Source of the DNA: Eledone cirrhosa
Taxonomy: Eukaryota
DNA: 64,000 nt
Direction: 5' to 3'
Assembly (NCBI GenBank): GCA_964016885.1
Contig: OZ024748.1
Location: 40,858,001 to 40,922,000, forward strand
Both the position numbers and the translations under genes were made by a program. Below, in pieces: positions 12,483-26,683 of the stretch (position 1 is its first letter; each line of letters begins with the position of its first letter). The notes beneath the pieces are model-generated. The model searched no databases and was not told where the DNA came from. It saw nothing but the letters and a program-made list of their open reading frames with translations.

Positions 12483-13714
12483 AAAGTCACTGCCTGTAAT
12501 TTTCAAATAATTAAAAATTTGGAAAAATTTAGTAATATAAAAGGTTTTTGCATAAAATTCTGATGTGCAATTTTTAAACAAAAACACTTTTAACCAAACA
12601 GTTTTGTGCCATAAAATGACAAGCAGTTTCAAGTGGTTTAGCATCAAAAGGGTTAATTAATAGGAAAAAAAGGTACAAAAATATGAGAAAAACAAATAAA
12701 AAATAACAATAATACTTTTTGTTTTTTTAAATTATGCAATATTGTTGTATTCAAGTTTTCAAAACTATTTTTTCATTCACACATCAAATTTCTTTTCTAT
12801 ACTAGGAAGAGAGAAATGATTCTGCAAATTCAGACTTTGACATTTTTAGGATATACTAAAGAGTAAGAAAAGTTTCCATAACAATTAAACATTCTTATTA
12901 AAATTGGAGAATATTTTTCAACAAATATAATTCCATCCTGCTATTCCTTCTTTAACTCTGTTTTCCATTTACGCTTCACTAAGTCTGACATAGGAATGTA
13001 CCAGCTTATGATGGAATCTTCTTGCTACATTCTTCGGAACTTTCACAAGTCTATTAACAACAATTTCACCATTATTTAGTAGTAAAAATATACTCCACAC
13101 TCAGGTTTAAATGTCCAAAACGTTTTTCTTTTTCAAATAGTAACACAAACTTTCACTTCGTTGTTCCTTGTTGAGAACTGCATCAAAATAAAGAAAATAC
13201 TTTGTTTCCAGTCATACATATATACATATATGTTTCCAGTAACATATGCATATGTGAGAATTCTCTCTTCTCAACTTTGTTTCCTTTAACAATTTCTCTC
13301 TTAAGAAATTTTCTAGCATTTCTTACATATTTAATTAATAAATCCTTATTATTAGCAGTGTGGCATTACTAAAGACTAGCTTCTTTGAATGTGTCTGTGC
13401 TATATTCCTAACAATAACGCCTCTTAATTCTCTGAGACTTCCTTTTCAAACTTCAGTTTTAAATATGTAGGCTAAAAAACAGAGTTATTTTTGTTATGAC
13501 TGCTTCTGGGGAAGATATAAGCTAATGGTACCAGCTGCCCATCTTATAACTTTTATTTCTTTTTCTAGTTAGCTAAAACCCAATTAATTCATTTAACTCC
13601 ATTATTATAATAGTTATTTAAACATTGTTAACCCTTTTGTTACTAAAGATCACCCCAAACTGCCATTTTTTATTATGAAATAAATATATAAATAATTATT
13701 TCTATTATATTATC

Positions 13715-14196
13715 TGTGACAGTAGTAGTACCATGATAAAATGGTACCCCCAGTAATGTGACAGTAGTGGTACCATGATAAAATGGTACCCCCAGTAATG
13801 TGACAGTAGTGGTACCATGATAAAATGGTACCCCCAGTAATGTGACAGTAGTGGTAACATGATAAAATGGTACCCCCAGTAATGTGACAGTAGTGGTACC
13901 ATGATAAAATGGTACCCCCAGTAATGTGACAGTAGTGGTACCATGATAAAATGGTACCCCCAGTAATGTGACAGTAGTGGTACCATGATAAAATGGTACC
14001 CCCAGTAATGTGACAGTAGTGGTACCATGATAAAATGGTACCCCCAGTAATGTGACAGTAGTGGTACCATGATAAAATGGTACCCCCAGTAATGTGACAG
14101 TAGTGGTACCATGATAAAATGGTACCCCCAGTAATGTGACAGTAGTGGTACCATGATAAAATGGTACCCCCAGTAATGTGACAGTAGTGGTACCAT
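13715..14196. repeat. 42-bp minisatellite (~11.5 nearly identical copies)
   Basis: Unit gtgacagtagtggtaccatgataaaatggtacccccagtaat. Confidence 0.95.
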
Positions 14197-14288
14197 AACG
14201 CCTCCTGTCCAACGACATATTCACTGAAGCTAAATAAATGTGTGATATTTTTGAAGATGTAATTATTCTTATATATATTCCATGTACT

Positions 14289-14912
14289 GTTGAACTAAAC
14301 ATGTAGCTATTGCTGAATAAAACCATGTAGCCACCATTGAACTAAACATGTAGCCAGCATGGAACTAAACACATAGCCACAACTGAACTAAACACATAGC
14401 CACCATTGAACTAAACACATAGCCACCATTGAACTAAACATGTAGCCACCATTGAACTAAACACGTAGCCACCATTGAACTAAACACATAGCCACCATTG
14501 AACTAAACACATAGCCACCATTGAACTAAACACATAGCCACCATTGAACTAAACACGTAACCACCATTGAACTAAACATGTAGCCACCATTGAACTAAAC
14601 ACGTAGCCACAACTGAACTAAACACGTAACCACCATAGAACTAAACATGTAGCCAGCATGCAACTAAACATGTAGCCAGCATGCAACTAAACACATAGCC
14701 ACCATTGATCTAAACACGTAGCCACCATTGAACTAAACACGTAGCCAGCATGCAACTAAACACGTAGCCACCATTGAACTAAACATGTAGCCACCATGGA
14801 ACTAAACACATAGCCACCATTGAACTAAACACATAGCCACAACTGAACTAAACACGTAGCCACCATGGACTAAACACGTAGCCACCATTGAACTAAACAC
14901 GTAGCCACCATT
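14289..14912. repeat. 23-bp minisatellite
   Basis: Unit attgaactaaacacatagccacc with variants. Confidence 0.93.
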
Positions 14913-15582
14913 AACACCAATGCAACTGAAACCAGTGCACTGACTATCCAGTTTCTAATGATATTAAAATGTTTATTTTTAAATATTTTATCTTGTACGT
15001 TGTATGGTGAGAAACAACAAGAGTAACATTATTCCTTGTGGATCTGTGTCTACTGTCATAACTGATCAACTTTCTCACTAATTCCTTTTATGAGGAATTC
15101 TTGTAGACAGAACCTCTTCATTGTCTACCAATTTATAAGCATGGCACTGAAATATATCAGTCTAGATGAGTTGAAAGATAGAGTGCAATAGGTGGTGTGT
15201 CCCAAAATCAAGGAATACACATACATATGACAGAGGTGGTCTTGCATACTCACTGACTGATACAAACAACTACTTGTGTAGTGTATTGTTTAACATAATA
15301 TGTCTTTGTACTACTACTGCTACTACTACTACCACTCCAAACACACACTCTACGTCCTTTATCTAGCCACCCCTGGCCACCAGTAAGACAGTACATGCTT
15401 CTGTATATAAATCTGGAATTATAGCAGTGATGAAGCAATAGTAATTTCCTCGTTACACACTTCATATATAAAAGAAGAGGAGTTTTCAAGGAGCACCTGA
15501 TGATATTGTTCACACAGCAGAAACACAAGTGATTTGACCAAGGAAGAAGCATGGAACATTTATAACAGAGAGGGAGGGGGGG

Positions 15583-16637
15583 GTGACCTGTCATTAGACC
15601 ATTGGCCATGCTGCAGGGGAGAGAGAGGGGGGGGGGGGGGCAAGTCATTAGCCTGCTGGCCATGCTGCAGCACTGACTTCCAGGGGAGGGGGGTGACAAG
15701 TCATTAGACTGCTGGCCATGCTGCAGCACCGACTTCCAGGGGAGAGGAGGGGGCGACAAGTCATTAGACTGCTGGCCATGCTGCAGCACTGACTTCCAGG
15801 GGAGGGGGGGGGGGGGGGGGGGTGACAAGTCATTAGACTGCTGGCCATGCTGCAGCACTGACTTCCAGGGGAGAGGAGGGGGCGACAAGTCATTAGACTG
15901 CTGGCCATGCTGCAGCACTGACTTCCAGGAGAGAGGTGACAAGTCATTAGACTGCTGGCCATGCTGCAGCACTGACTTCCAGGGGAGAGGGGGGGGGGTG
16001 ACAAGTCATTAGACTGCTGGCCATGCTGCAGCACTGACTTCCAGGGGAGAGGGGGGGGTGACAAGTCATTAGACTGCTGGCCATGCTGCAGCACTGACTT
16101 CCAGGGGAGAGGGGGGGTGACAAGTCATTAGACTGCTGGCCATGCTGCAGCACTGACTTCCAGGGGAGAGGGGGGGTGACAAGTCATTAGACTGCTGGCC
16201 ATGCTGCAGCACTGACTTCCAGGGGAGAGGGGGGGTGACAAGTCATTAGACTGCTGGCCATGCTGCAGCACTGACTTCCAGGGGAGAGGGGGGGTGACAA
16301 GTCATTAGACTGCTGGCCATGCTGCAGCACTGACTTCCAGGGGAGAGGGGGGGTGACAAGTCATTAGACTGCTGGCCATGCTGCAGCACTGACTTCCAGG
16401 GGAGAGGGGGGGTGACAAGTCATTAGACTGCTGGCCATGCTGCAGCACTGACTTCCAGGGGAGAGGGGGGGTGACAAGTCATTAGACTGCTGGCCATGCT
16501 GCAGCACTGACTTCCAGGGGAGAGGGGGGGTGACAAGTCATTAGACTGCTGGCCATGTTGCAGCACTGACTTCCAGGGGAGAGGGGGGGGTGACAAGTCA
16601 TTAGACTGCTGGCCATGTTGCAGCACTGACTTCCAGG
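15583..16637. repeat. ~59-bp G-rich minisatellite (~17 copies)
   Basis: Unit tgacaagtcattagactgctggccatgctgcagcactgacttccaggggagagggggg with variable poly-G length. Confidence 0.95.
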
Positions 16638-16726
16638 AATTTAGTCAAGTATTTCAATCTCACCTATTGTTTTGTTTTTTTTCAAGTCTCATGCTTATCA
16701 ATCTCTATTTGTCAAACACACACATA

Positions 16727-18003
16727 CATCATCATCATCTTCGTTTAACGTCCATCTTCCACGCTAGCATGAGTTAGACGGGAGTTGTCCCACTTGAGGC
16801 AAGGTTGGTCGTGTGACCGTGTCTTGCTCATATAGGACTATCTGGCGGGTTTTCTACGACTGGATGCCCTTCCTAACACCAACCACATTTACAGTGTGGA
16901 ACTGGGAACTTTTTACCGTGTTACCTACACGGCCACACTGCAGCGTGGACTGTGAGTTTTTTTTTGTCGTGACATCTACACGATCTCCATCTCATTTTCT
17001 CGTGCTGTTGGTGGGAGTGGGAGGATAGGGTAGGAGGTAGTAGATGGGGGTGTATATTTGGTTAAGAGGTGCCTACTGACTAGGTTTCGCTTTGTACATA
17101 GGCAAGGTGGGTCTTCTGTATTACTGCGTAGCGCCAAAGATCTCGGTCCAGTGACATTGTCTTAGAGAGGTATAAGTGTGTAAGGTCGGAATTTATCAGA
17201 TCGTCCCAGGTTTTTCTGGGTCTACCTACTCCGTAACAACCATCAATTTTGATCGGCCTGCACTTTTTTTATACAGCTGTCATCTTTCATGCGCATCACG
17301 TGGCCATACCAACGTAGTCTTCTTTCAAGTAAACAGCATCTGATCCCTCTTATTCCTAATTTCTCACTTAGTTCATTTATGCTTTGCCATTACTATTTGC
17401 CAGTATATTACTATTACACATCCAACGGAGCATGCATGCTTCGTTCCTTTCCAGTCTGCGCAGGTCCTCTGCACGTAATGCCCATGTCTCAATGCCATGT
17501 AGTATTGCTGTTCGTATACAGGCATCATACAATCTGCCTTTCATTTTTAGAGAGAAACCTTTTGTGCCCAACAGCGGTATAAGCTCTCTGAACTTTTTCC
17601 ATCCCGTTCTGACTCCTGTACTTTCAGAACACCCTCCACCACTGCTGATTTCGTCACCCAGGTAACGGAATGTGTCTACTATTTCTATAGAACCATCTGG
17701 GCAATAGAAGGAGCTAGTATCCTGTGGACACTTGCTACTTATTGCACCTGAGCATCGGCCACATATAAAGTCTACGTTCTTAGATAGTTTACCTGTGATC
17801 CCACTACATCTTTTATGTACCCATACTTTGCATTTGGGACATAAAATTGAATTTCTGCCTACTCCTTTCCTACACACTGAGCAAGGCCATTTCCCTGAGG
17901 GTACCTGTGTCCTATTTTCCTTTCTACAAACTAGAACTTTAGTCTTAGACAAGTTAACTTTAAAGCCTTTTGATTCTAGGCCATGCTTCCATGTTTGGAA
18001 TTT
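16727..18003 (-). mobile_element. 5'-truncated RTE-clade LINE (late RT, Cys/His finger insert, 3' UTR with (GAT)n tail)
   Basis: [22 protein letters not shown]...[28 protein letters not shown]...FRYLGD...[17 protein letters not shown]; same family as 27473-30725. Confidence 0.9.
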
Positions 18004-18402
18004 CATACACACATATATATATATATACACACATATATATATACACACATATATACATACATATATACATACACACATATATATATACACACATATATAT
18101 ATACACACATATATATATACACACATATATATATACACACATATATATATACACACATATATATATACACACATATATACATACATATATATATACATAC
18201 ATACATATATATATACATATATATACACATACATATATATATATATATACACATACATATATATATACACATATATATATATATACACATATATATATAT
18301 ATACACATATATATACACATACATATATATATATACACATACATATATATATATACACATACATATATATATATACACATACATATATATATATACACAT
18401 AC

Positions 18403-18437
<35 letters not shown>

Positions 18438-18650
18438 CATACATACATATATATACATACATACATATACATACACATATATATATATACATACATACAT
18501 ATATATACATACACATATATATATATACATACATATATATATATATACATACATATACATACATACACATATATATATATACATACATATATATATATAT
18601 ATATACATACATATACATACATATATATATATATACATACATATACATAC

Positions 18651-18683
<33 letters not shown>

Positions 18684-19047
18684 CATATACATACATATAT
18701 ATACATATACATACATATATATACATATACATACATGTATATACATACATACATGTATATACATACATACATATACATACATATATATACATACATACAT
18801 ACATATATACATACATACATACATACATATATACATACATATATATACATACATACATATATATACATACATATATACATACATATATATACATACATAC
18901 ATATACGTACATACATATACGTACATATATATACATACATACATATACGTACATATATATACATACATACATATACGTACATATATATACATACATACAT
19001 ATACGTACATATATATACATACATACATATATATGCATACATACATA

Positions 19048-19083
<36 letters not shown>

Positions 19084-19094
19084 CATACATACAT

Positions 19095-19143
<49 letters not shown>

Positions 19144-19220
19144 CATATATATATACATACATATATATATATACATACATATATATATATATACATACAT
19201 ATATTATACATACATATATA
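18004..19220. repeat. Compound (TA)n/(CA)n/(TACA)n microsatellite; similar tracts at 6987-7440, 8320-9610, 22356-22968, 25080-25875, 26153-26680, 30726-31205, 38957-39243
   Basis: Direct inspection; source of the spurious Y/I/C/V/M ORFs. Confidence 0.97.
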
Positions 19221-19259
19221 GCCAGTCAATGATCTAAAATGTCTTGCACAGAGTTGGCA

Positions 19260-20915
19260 ACCAAAACATTCACTGGGAATAGCCGGCTGTGGTTAGAGTT
19301 CATGTACTTTTGCATGTCATTTGAGCCCTCCTGCTGATTTACATTCTCTACCACATGCTTGGCAAGCATGATGAGTAGCATATCCAACAGCAGCCTGGTA
19401 GTCAACCACTGGTCTTACTTTATGACTGCGAAGATGACTTTCGAGTCCAGCTTTGCTTAGGCAGAGTCTCGCACAGACGCTGCATGTCAGCACCATAGGA
19501 GGACCCTCGCCGTCTGGAAGTGCAACAGCAATGCCCTTCCTCACATCCCGCTTTACTTTCTTGTATGCGATTCGAGATGCCTCAAAGGCAACTTTTCCCT
19601 CATATACAGTCTTTCTCTATTTATTACGATCAGCAGCAATATTTTCCCATGTATCAGCAGAGATGTTAGCGTCTTCCAAAGAGGCTTTCAAGGAATCCTT
19701 ATACCTCTTTTTTGGTTTATGTGGCGGTCGTTTTCCTTTAACTAACTCTCCATAACAGAGTTGTTTTGGTATTCTAGAATCCTTCATCCTGGCAAGAGCT
19801 TCTATACTGTCACACATAGAGATTTCCAAAATCTCGACATCACTGATGTGGTCCCTCCAGTGAATGCCATGGATCCGTCTGAGACACATCTGATGGAAAC
19901 GCTCCAATTGCTTAATGTGGTGTCGATATGTGCCCCAGGTCTCGCAGGCATAAAGAAGAGAAGAGAGCACACATGCCTTGAACATCTTTACCTTTGTCTT
20001 CTTGCATATGTCTCGCCGACCCCAGAGTCGCCTTTCTAGCTTTCCGAAAGCATCACTTGCTTTCCTAATCCTAAGTGAGATTTCACTATCAAGGTTGCTG
20101 TATCGATTGACAGTGCTTCCCAGGTAGACAAACTGATCAACCACTCCAAGTCGTTTACCATACACATAGATATTTGGTTCACTGTACTGATGACCAGGGG
20201 CAGGTTGGTACATGACGATGGTTTTCTTGAGACTGACAGTCAATCATAGGGCAGTGCAAGCGTCAGAAAATGCATTCAAAATGTGCTGCATATCACTGCG
20301 TGCACTACAAGATCGCAATCATCTGCATACAAGAGGTCTCTTATGATTGATGTAAATACTTTTGTCTTTGCAGCAAAGCGCCTGATGTTCGATATCGGAT
20401 GTAAACACCATGCTCGCAATTCCTGAATGCAATACAGAAAACCATTGCAAAGTATATGGCAAACAGGGTCGGTGCTGGAATATCCCCCCGTTTCACTCCA
20501 TTTTTTACTGAGATAGGCTCCGACATTAACATCGTCATGGAAAGACCTAACTAAAGCAAAGAACTTATCAGGGCAACCAAGTTTCTGGAGAACCTTCCAT
20601 AATGCATTTCTGTTAACAGTATCGAAAGCTTTTGTCAGATCGACAAAAACCTGATACAGATCCAAACCTTGTTCCATGCACTTCTGGAGCTGTCTAGCTG
20701 AGAAGATCATATCAGTAGTGCCGCGTCCAGCACGAAAACTAGATTGACTTTCAGGAAGAACACAATCTGCAATATGTGTCAGCAGACGGTCCAGAAGCAC
20801 CCTACATAAAACTTTGAAGCAATGATACACCTCTGTAGTTCCCACAATCATTCCTGTTACCCTTTCCCTTGTACAAGACCACCATTACTGCATCTCTCCA
20901 GTCCTCAGGTACGGA
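19260..20915 (-). mobile_element. Degenerate RTE (BovB-like) LINE fragment with RT and C-terminal C2H2-like fingers
   Basis: VPEDWRDA...[76 protein letters not shown]; several frameshifts. Confidence 0.9.
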
Positions 20916-21016
20916 TACATATATACATATATATATATATACATATATATATACACATATATATATATATATACATATATATACACATATATACATACAT
21001 ATATATATATACATAC

Positions 21017-21047
<31 letters not shown>

Positions 21048-21179
21048 GAAGGGATATTTAATTTGTTGGTAATTCAACAAATATAAATGTTTATAACTGA
21101 TTCAGAGCACTCGACAGTTTTCTGGAGTAAATATTCAATGATATTAAATAAATGGAAACTATATTTATAAAACCATATT

Positions 21180-21241
21180 TATTCTATTATATATATTTCA
21201 AGGGTACCAAAAACTTTGGTACGCTTTCATCAGATAAAATA
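21180..21241 (-). ncRNA. Intact minimal type I hammerhead ribozyme motif, sense to the RASA1 pre-mRNA (intron 1)
   Basis: Minus: tattttat CTGATGA aagcgtaccaaa-gtt-tttggtaccctt GAAA tatata TA atagaata; 8-bp stem I, 12-bp stem II with one mismatch, palindromic stem III, AUA site. Confidence 0.85.
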
Positions 21242-22044
21242 CAAAGTGTGTTTTATAAATTTTGACATAGCCAAGGAAACATACCTTATCAATTGAATTT
21301 TCCTTGGGTAGCCAAGTAAAATATACATACCTTGGCAGTGTATTCGGCAGAATTGCCAGAAGTACAACACTATGGGTGTTGTCATATTAATATTTAACCA
21401 ATGAAAGTCGTAGAAAATAAATAATTTAAACATTCCGATTCAAATGTCTATAGCATTAATCTGTTATATGAAGTGTTATTTTGCGGGTTGTTATTTGCAA
21501 TAAGCCAATTTAAAATACCCCAGAAAAGCCGTATGTCAATACGGAACTCCAATGAGTCCCCCAGCAGTTAAATTATAGAGAGGGGGAATAATCTATTAAG
21601 AAAGAGGGAAGAGTGATGGAGAGAGACAGTGTTGTCATATAGAGAGTGAAGAGCGGCAGAGAGAGTAAAGCAGTTAAATTATAGAGAGGGGGAATAATCT
21701 ATTATAGAGAGAGGGAAGAGCTACGGAGAGAGTGTTATGACTATGTTTGTTGATGTATAAAATGATGTGTTGCTTAGTTTTCAAAGTTTTTGTCGCGTTA
21801 CTGAACAAAGTTTTGTCGCTGTTGGGTAGTAGAGAGAGTGAATAAGCATGTAAGAGAGAGGGTTACAGCACGTATCTTGTTTTATTGATTTTTTTTATAG
21901 AAGCAGGAAATTTTTGGCAAAGTTTATTACGCGTTGACCATCGTTGGTAAATTTGGAGCACATTGGTAGAGAAATGTGGAAATGCATAAAAATCATACAC
22001 ACACACAGACAGACATCTTCCGTTTTATATATATAGAGATATAC

Positions 22045-22170
22045 ATGGAGGCACATGGCTTAGTGGTTAGAGCATTGGCCTCGCAATCGAAAGGTTGTGT
22101 TGTTTCCTTGAGCAAGACACTTTATTACATATTGCTCCAGTTTACTCAGCTGTAGAAATGAGATGATAGG
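22045..22170 (+). mobile_element. tRNA-derived SINE fragment (second family)
   Basis: A-box tggcttagtggttag, then ccttgagcaagacactt...ttgctccag...actcagctg core; related fragments near 5120-5200 and 11520-11655. Confidence 0.65.
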
Positions 22171-22431
22171 GACTGGGGTCCATATCATTCCACGGCAAAG
22201 TGGTCGTGGAGGTGCCACGGCAAAAGAGCACCCAGCACTCACTTTAAATAAGGTTGCTGTTAGGAAGTGCATCCAGCTGTAGAAATCAAGCCAGAATCAG
22301 TTCCCGTCCCACCCTTGCAAGCAGGGAAAAGCGGACGTAAAATGATGATGATGATACATATACACACATATATATATATATATACATATACACAAATATA
22401 TACATATACACATATATATATACATATACAC

Positions 22432-22470
<39 letters not shown>

Positions 22471-22968
22471 CACATATATATACATATACACATATATATA
22501 TACATATACACATGTATATATATATATATATATATACATATACACATACATATATATACACATACACATATATATACACATATACATACATATACACATA
22601 TATATATATACACACATATACACATATATATATACACACATATACACATATATATATATATATACACACATATATATATATATACACACATATATATATA
22701 TACACATATATATATATACACACATATATATATATACACACATATATATATATACACACATATATATATACATATACACATATATATATACACATACATA
22801 TATATATACACATACACATATATATATATACACATACACATATATACATATACACATATATATATACATATACACATATATATACATAAACATATATATA
22901 TATATACATAAACATATATATATATATATATATACATACACGTATATATATATATACACACACATATA

Positions 22969-24249
22969 CAGGTTGCGAACGATATTTGTTCGCAAGATTA
23001 CTGTCTAAGAAAAAATAACACAGTAGTTTTATTTTTTAAGATTTATTTATCAAACTTGGGTCAGTTTGTCTTCATGACTTGTTCTTTTGATCTCACTCAA
23101 TAAACCCGCCATTGGCTTTGATGGCGGCCTCGGAACCGGCTACAGGCCTTCGTCACTGTCCCCCGACTTAGGCCCCTAAAGGCACTTGTGATCCAGGCCT
23201 TCAGATCGTCTTTCGTATTGCAGCTAGATCTGTTGGTGTCTCGTTCCACTGCACCCCACACAAAGAAGTCGAGGAGGTTGCAGTCAGGCGAGCTGGGAGG
23301 CCAGATGTCAGGTGAAGTGTGGTCGACGAAGTTCTCTGACAGCCAGGCTTGGGTCTTTCGGCTGGTATGGCAGGGCACTGAGTCTTGCTGCCACACGTAC
23401 GGCCTACCTGCAGCTACCTGGTCAATCCAGGGCTTTACTACCTCGCTCAGAACGCGTATGTAGCTATCGGTGTTCAGCTTGAGGCCTTCAGGGAAGAAGT
23501 GACGTGGCATGACGTCACCTTGACTGCTGACGACACCTAAGACCAATGTTGTCGCTGGAAACTTTGTCTGCATGACTCTGGATGAGACAGCGAGCCACCT
23601 GTTGTTCTGGGAGTTGATCTGGTCTTGGCAGAAGTTTTTCCCGTCAGAGAAAAACCACAGCATGTCTGGCTCCAGTGGGTGTTTCAACTTGTTGATCAGC
23701 TTCTTTGCGTGCTTCAGTCGCTTTTCTTGCATCGCCTTTGACAGAAATTGTCCTTTCCTCATCTTGTATGAAACATAGCGAATGTCTTCATGTATCACCA
23801 GCCTAATGAGCTTTTCATCCATGCCTTTCTCCCTTGCAATAGAACGCATCGATTTGCTAGGTTCATTGTTGATGATATCCTGAACTTCAGCGACGAACTC
23901 AGGCGTTCTGAAGGCGTCAGATCGTCGATCATGTGTTTTCCTCTCTGATGTTGCTTCGTAGTCGAATCCTGAATCTTCCAATTCCTTCCTGACCTTTTCC
24001 TCCATTCGCCTGCTGACGCTGAGAAAGTCTGAAATTTCCTTATTTGTCCTCCCGGCGCGGATTCCAAGAAGAACTCCGTGTCTCTTCCACAAATTTGGAG
24101 GTTCAAAATTATTCATAATCAATTATTCTGAAAATAAATAATGGAAATATAGTCACTGTTTTTATGAAGACAAGAGTGACAACGGAAGTAAAAAAAATTT
24201 GCATAAAATTACCAGCTGAAAATTGCGAACAAATATCGTCCACACCCTG
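22969..24249 (-). mobile_element. Tc1/mariner superfamily DNA transposon, DD37D (maT) family, full length
   Basis: 27-bp TIRs (24/27 match) with TA on both sides; ORF 23097-24122 has FFSD, WQQD and SPDCNLLD with 37 residues between the 2nd and 3rd D; the expected IKANGGFIE end is shifted out of frame. Confidence 0.93.
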
Positions 24250-24261
24250 TATATATATACA

Positions 24262-25080
24262 TCTCTTAGTCTTAGATTCTTCCGCGACGTTCGGCGCATC
24301 GAGCAATGATTGCTCACCAGCGGTCACGATCAGCGACAACTTTTTGGAGACCGTGCCAGGTGATGTCGGCTGCCATCAGGTCCTTCTGAAACATTCGTCG
24401 CCGGGTGATCCTTGGGCAACCTCGCCTCCGTTTACCGCCAGGTGGAGTCCAGTTCATCGCTGTTTTCGAATGCCGTTCATTTGGCAGACACAGAATATGG
24501 CCAGCCAGACGGCACCGACACTCCGTGACCACTCTCTGTAGCGTCCACGACTCCGCTCTCCGCAGGATCTCCTCGTATCGCACTCAGTCTAGCCAGGACA
24601 CACGAAGGATCTTTCGCAGACACTGCTGGTGGAAATCTTTCAGCCATCTCTCTATTTTTGCCGTTCTCTTCCAGGTCTCGTTGGCATAAAGCACTGTCAG
24701 CAGCACGATACTCTTGTACAGGCGGAGCTTGGTCTTGGTGCTAATGTATGATGACAACCAGACTGGGCACAGCTGCTGGAAAACTGCTGGAGAGTGGGTC
24801 GGGTTCCCCTTGAGTGGCAGCACAGTGTCATCGTCAAACTGCCGAAGAAGGGAAACCTGGAACACTGCAACAACTGGCGTGGTATCACATTGCTGTCAGT
24901 CCGAGGCAAGGCGTTCTGCGCTGTGCTGCTGCGTCGACACCAGCAGCCTGTCGACTCTGTGCTCTGGGAGGAACAAGCCGGCTTCCGAAAAAAATCGATC
25001 TTGCACGGAACAGATCTTTACACTACGCAACAATCTCGAACAATGCATTGAGCTACAACAGCCTTTGGTGGTCAATTTTA
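24262..25080. mobile_element. RTE LINE fragment with 5' inversion (3' part on minus, early RT on plus)
   Basis: Minus 24262-24790: [25 protein letters not shown]...GKRRRGCPRIT plus ctaaga tail. Plus 24790-25080: [32 protein letters not shown]...EEQAGFR. Confidence 0.85.
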
Positions 25081-25121
25081 TATATACACATATATACATA
25101 TACACATATATACATATACAC

Positions 25122-25154
<33 letters not shown>

Positions 25155-25337
25155 TATATATATATACACATATACACATATATATATATACACATATACA
25201 CATATATATATATACATATATATATATATACACACATATATATATATACACATATACACATATATATATATACATATATATATATTCACACATACATATA
25301 TATATATATACACATATATATAACCCACCATATACGC

Positions 25338-25368
<31 letters not shown>

Positions 25369-25427
25369 CACATATATATATATATATATATATATAGACA
25401 TATATATATAAACATATATATATACAC

Positions 25428-25462
<35 letters not shown>

Positions 25463-25511
25463 TATATATATATACAGACATATATATATATACACACACA
25501 TATATATCTAT

Positions 25512-25560
<49 letters not shown>

Positions 25561-25589
25561 TATATATACACACATATATATATATACAC

Positions 25590-25620
<31 letters not shown>

Positions 25621-26148
25621 TATATACATATACACACATATATATATACATATACACACATATACATATACATATATATATATATATACACACACATATA
25701 TATATATATATACACACACATACATATATATACAATATATACATATACACACATATATATACATATACACATATATATATAAATATACATACACACACAC
25801 TTATATATATATATACATACACACACACATATATATATATATACACATATATATATATATATATATACACATATATAAATGAAAAGTTTAGAAATTGTTG
25901 TAGCGAGAAGCTAACAGTATTCCATAATATATAAGTGACTATAGCGTCAAAATGGGAAAATAGTTAACATAAGATATGGGAAAAATAATTCAGACTCAAT
26001 TCAAAATGAATCAGGATATAGATTTATCCAACAGAATTTAGGGAAATCCAGGGAAAAATCAATAGAGCCTTAACTCATGATAAAATAAAGTCTAAAGTAC
26101 TCAACCTTCAATTTGGGACAACTTCAAATGCTCTGTATAGTCTTGAAA

Positions 26149-26252
<104 letters not shown>

Positions 26253-26640
26253 TATATACATACACACACATATATATATATATACATATATATACATATA
26301 CACATATATATATACATATGCATTTATATACATATACACATATATATACATATGCATTTATATGCATATACACACATATATATGCATATACACATATATA
26401 TATGCATATACACACATATATATATACATATACACTTATATATATATACATATACACATATATATATACATATACACATATATATATATACATATACACA
26501 TATATATATACATATACACATATATATATACATATACACATATATATATACATATACACATATATATACATACATATACACACATATATACATACATATA
26601 CACATATATATACATACATATACACATATATATACATATA

Positions 26641-26679
<39 letters not shown>

Positions 26680-26683
<4 letters not shown>

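Noticed and set aside
12780-13560. AT-rich stretch resembling a decayed Penelope-like ORF; similar at 51.9-52.6 kb and 53.4-54.3 kb
   Set aside because: No continuous motif could be read reliably by eye; needs a translated search.
13673-14326. 217-aa GTTTVTLLGVPFYH repeat ORF, and the 171-aa ORF at 12048-12563
   Set aside because: Minisatellites with periods divisible by 3; no unique domain or synonymous-type variation.
15490-15536. CTGATGA...GAAAC hammerhead-like string
   Set aside because: Weak stem II and no valid stem III or UH site; at best a very old relic.
17732-19237. Long Y/I/C/V/M/H/T-rich ORFs here and at 7, 9, 22, 25-27, 31 and 39 kb
   Set aside because: Stop-free (TA)/(CA) microsatellite translations open in most frames.
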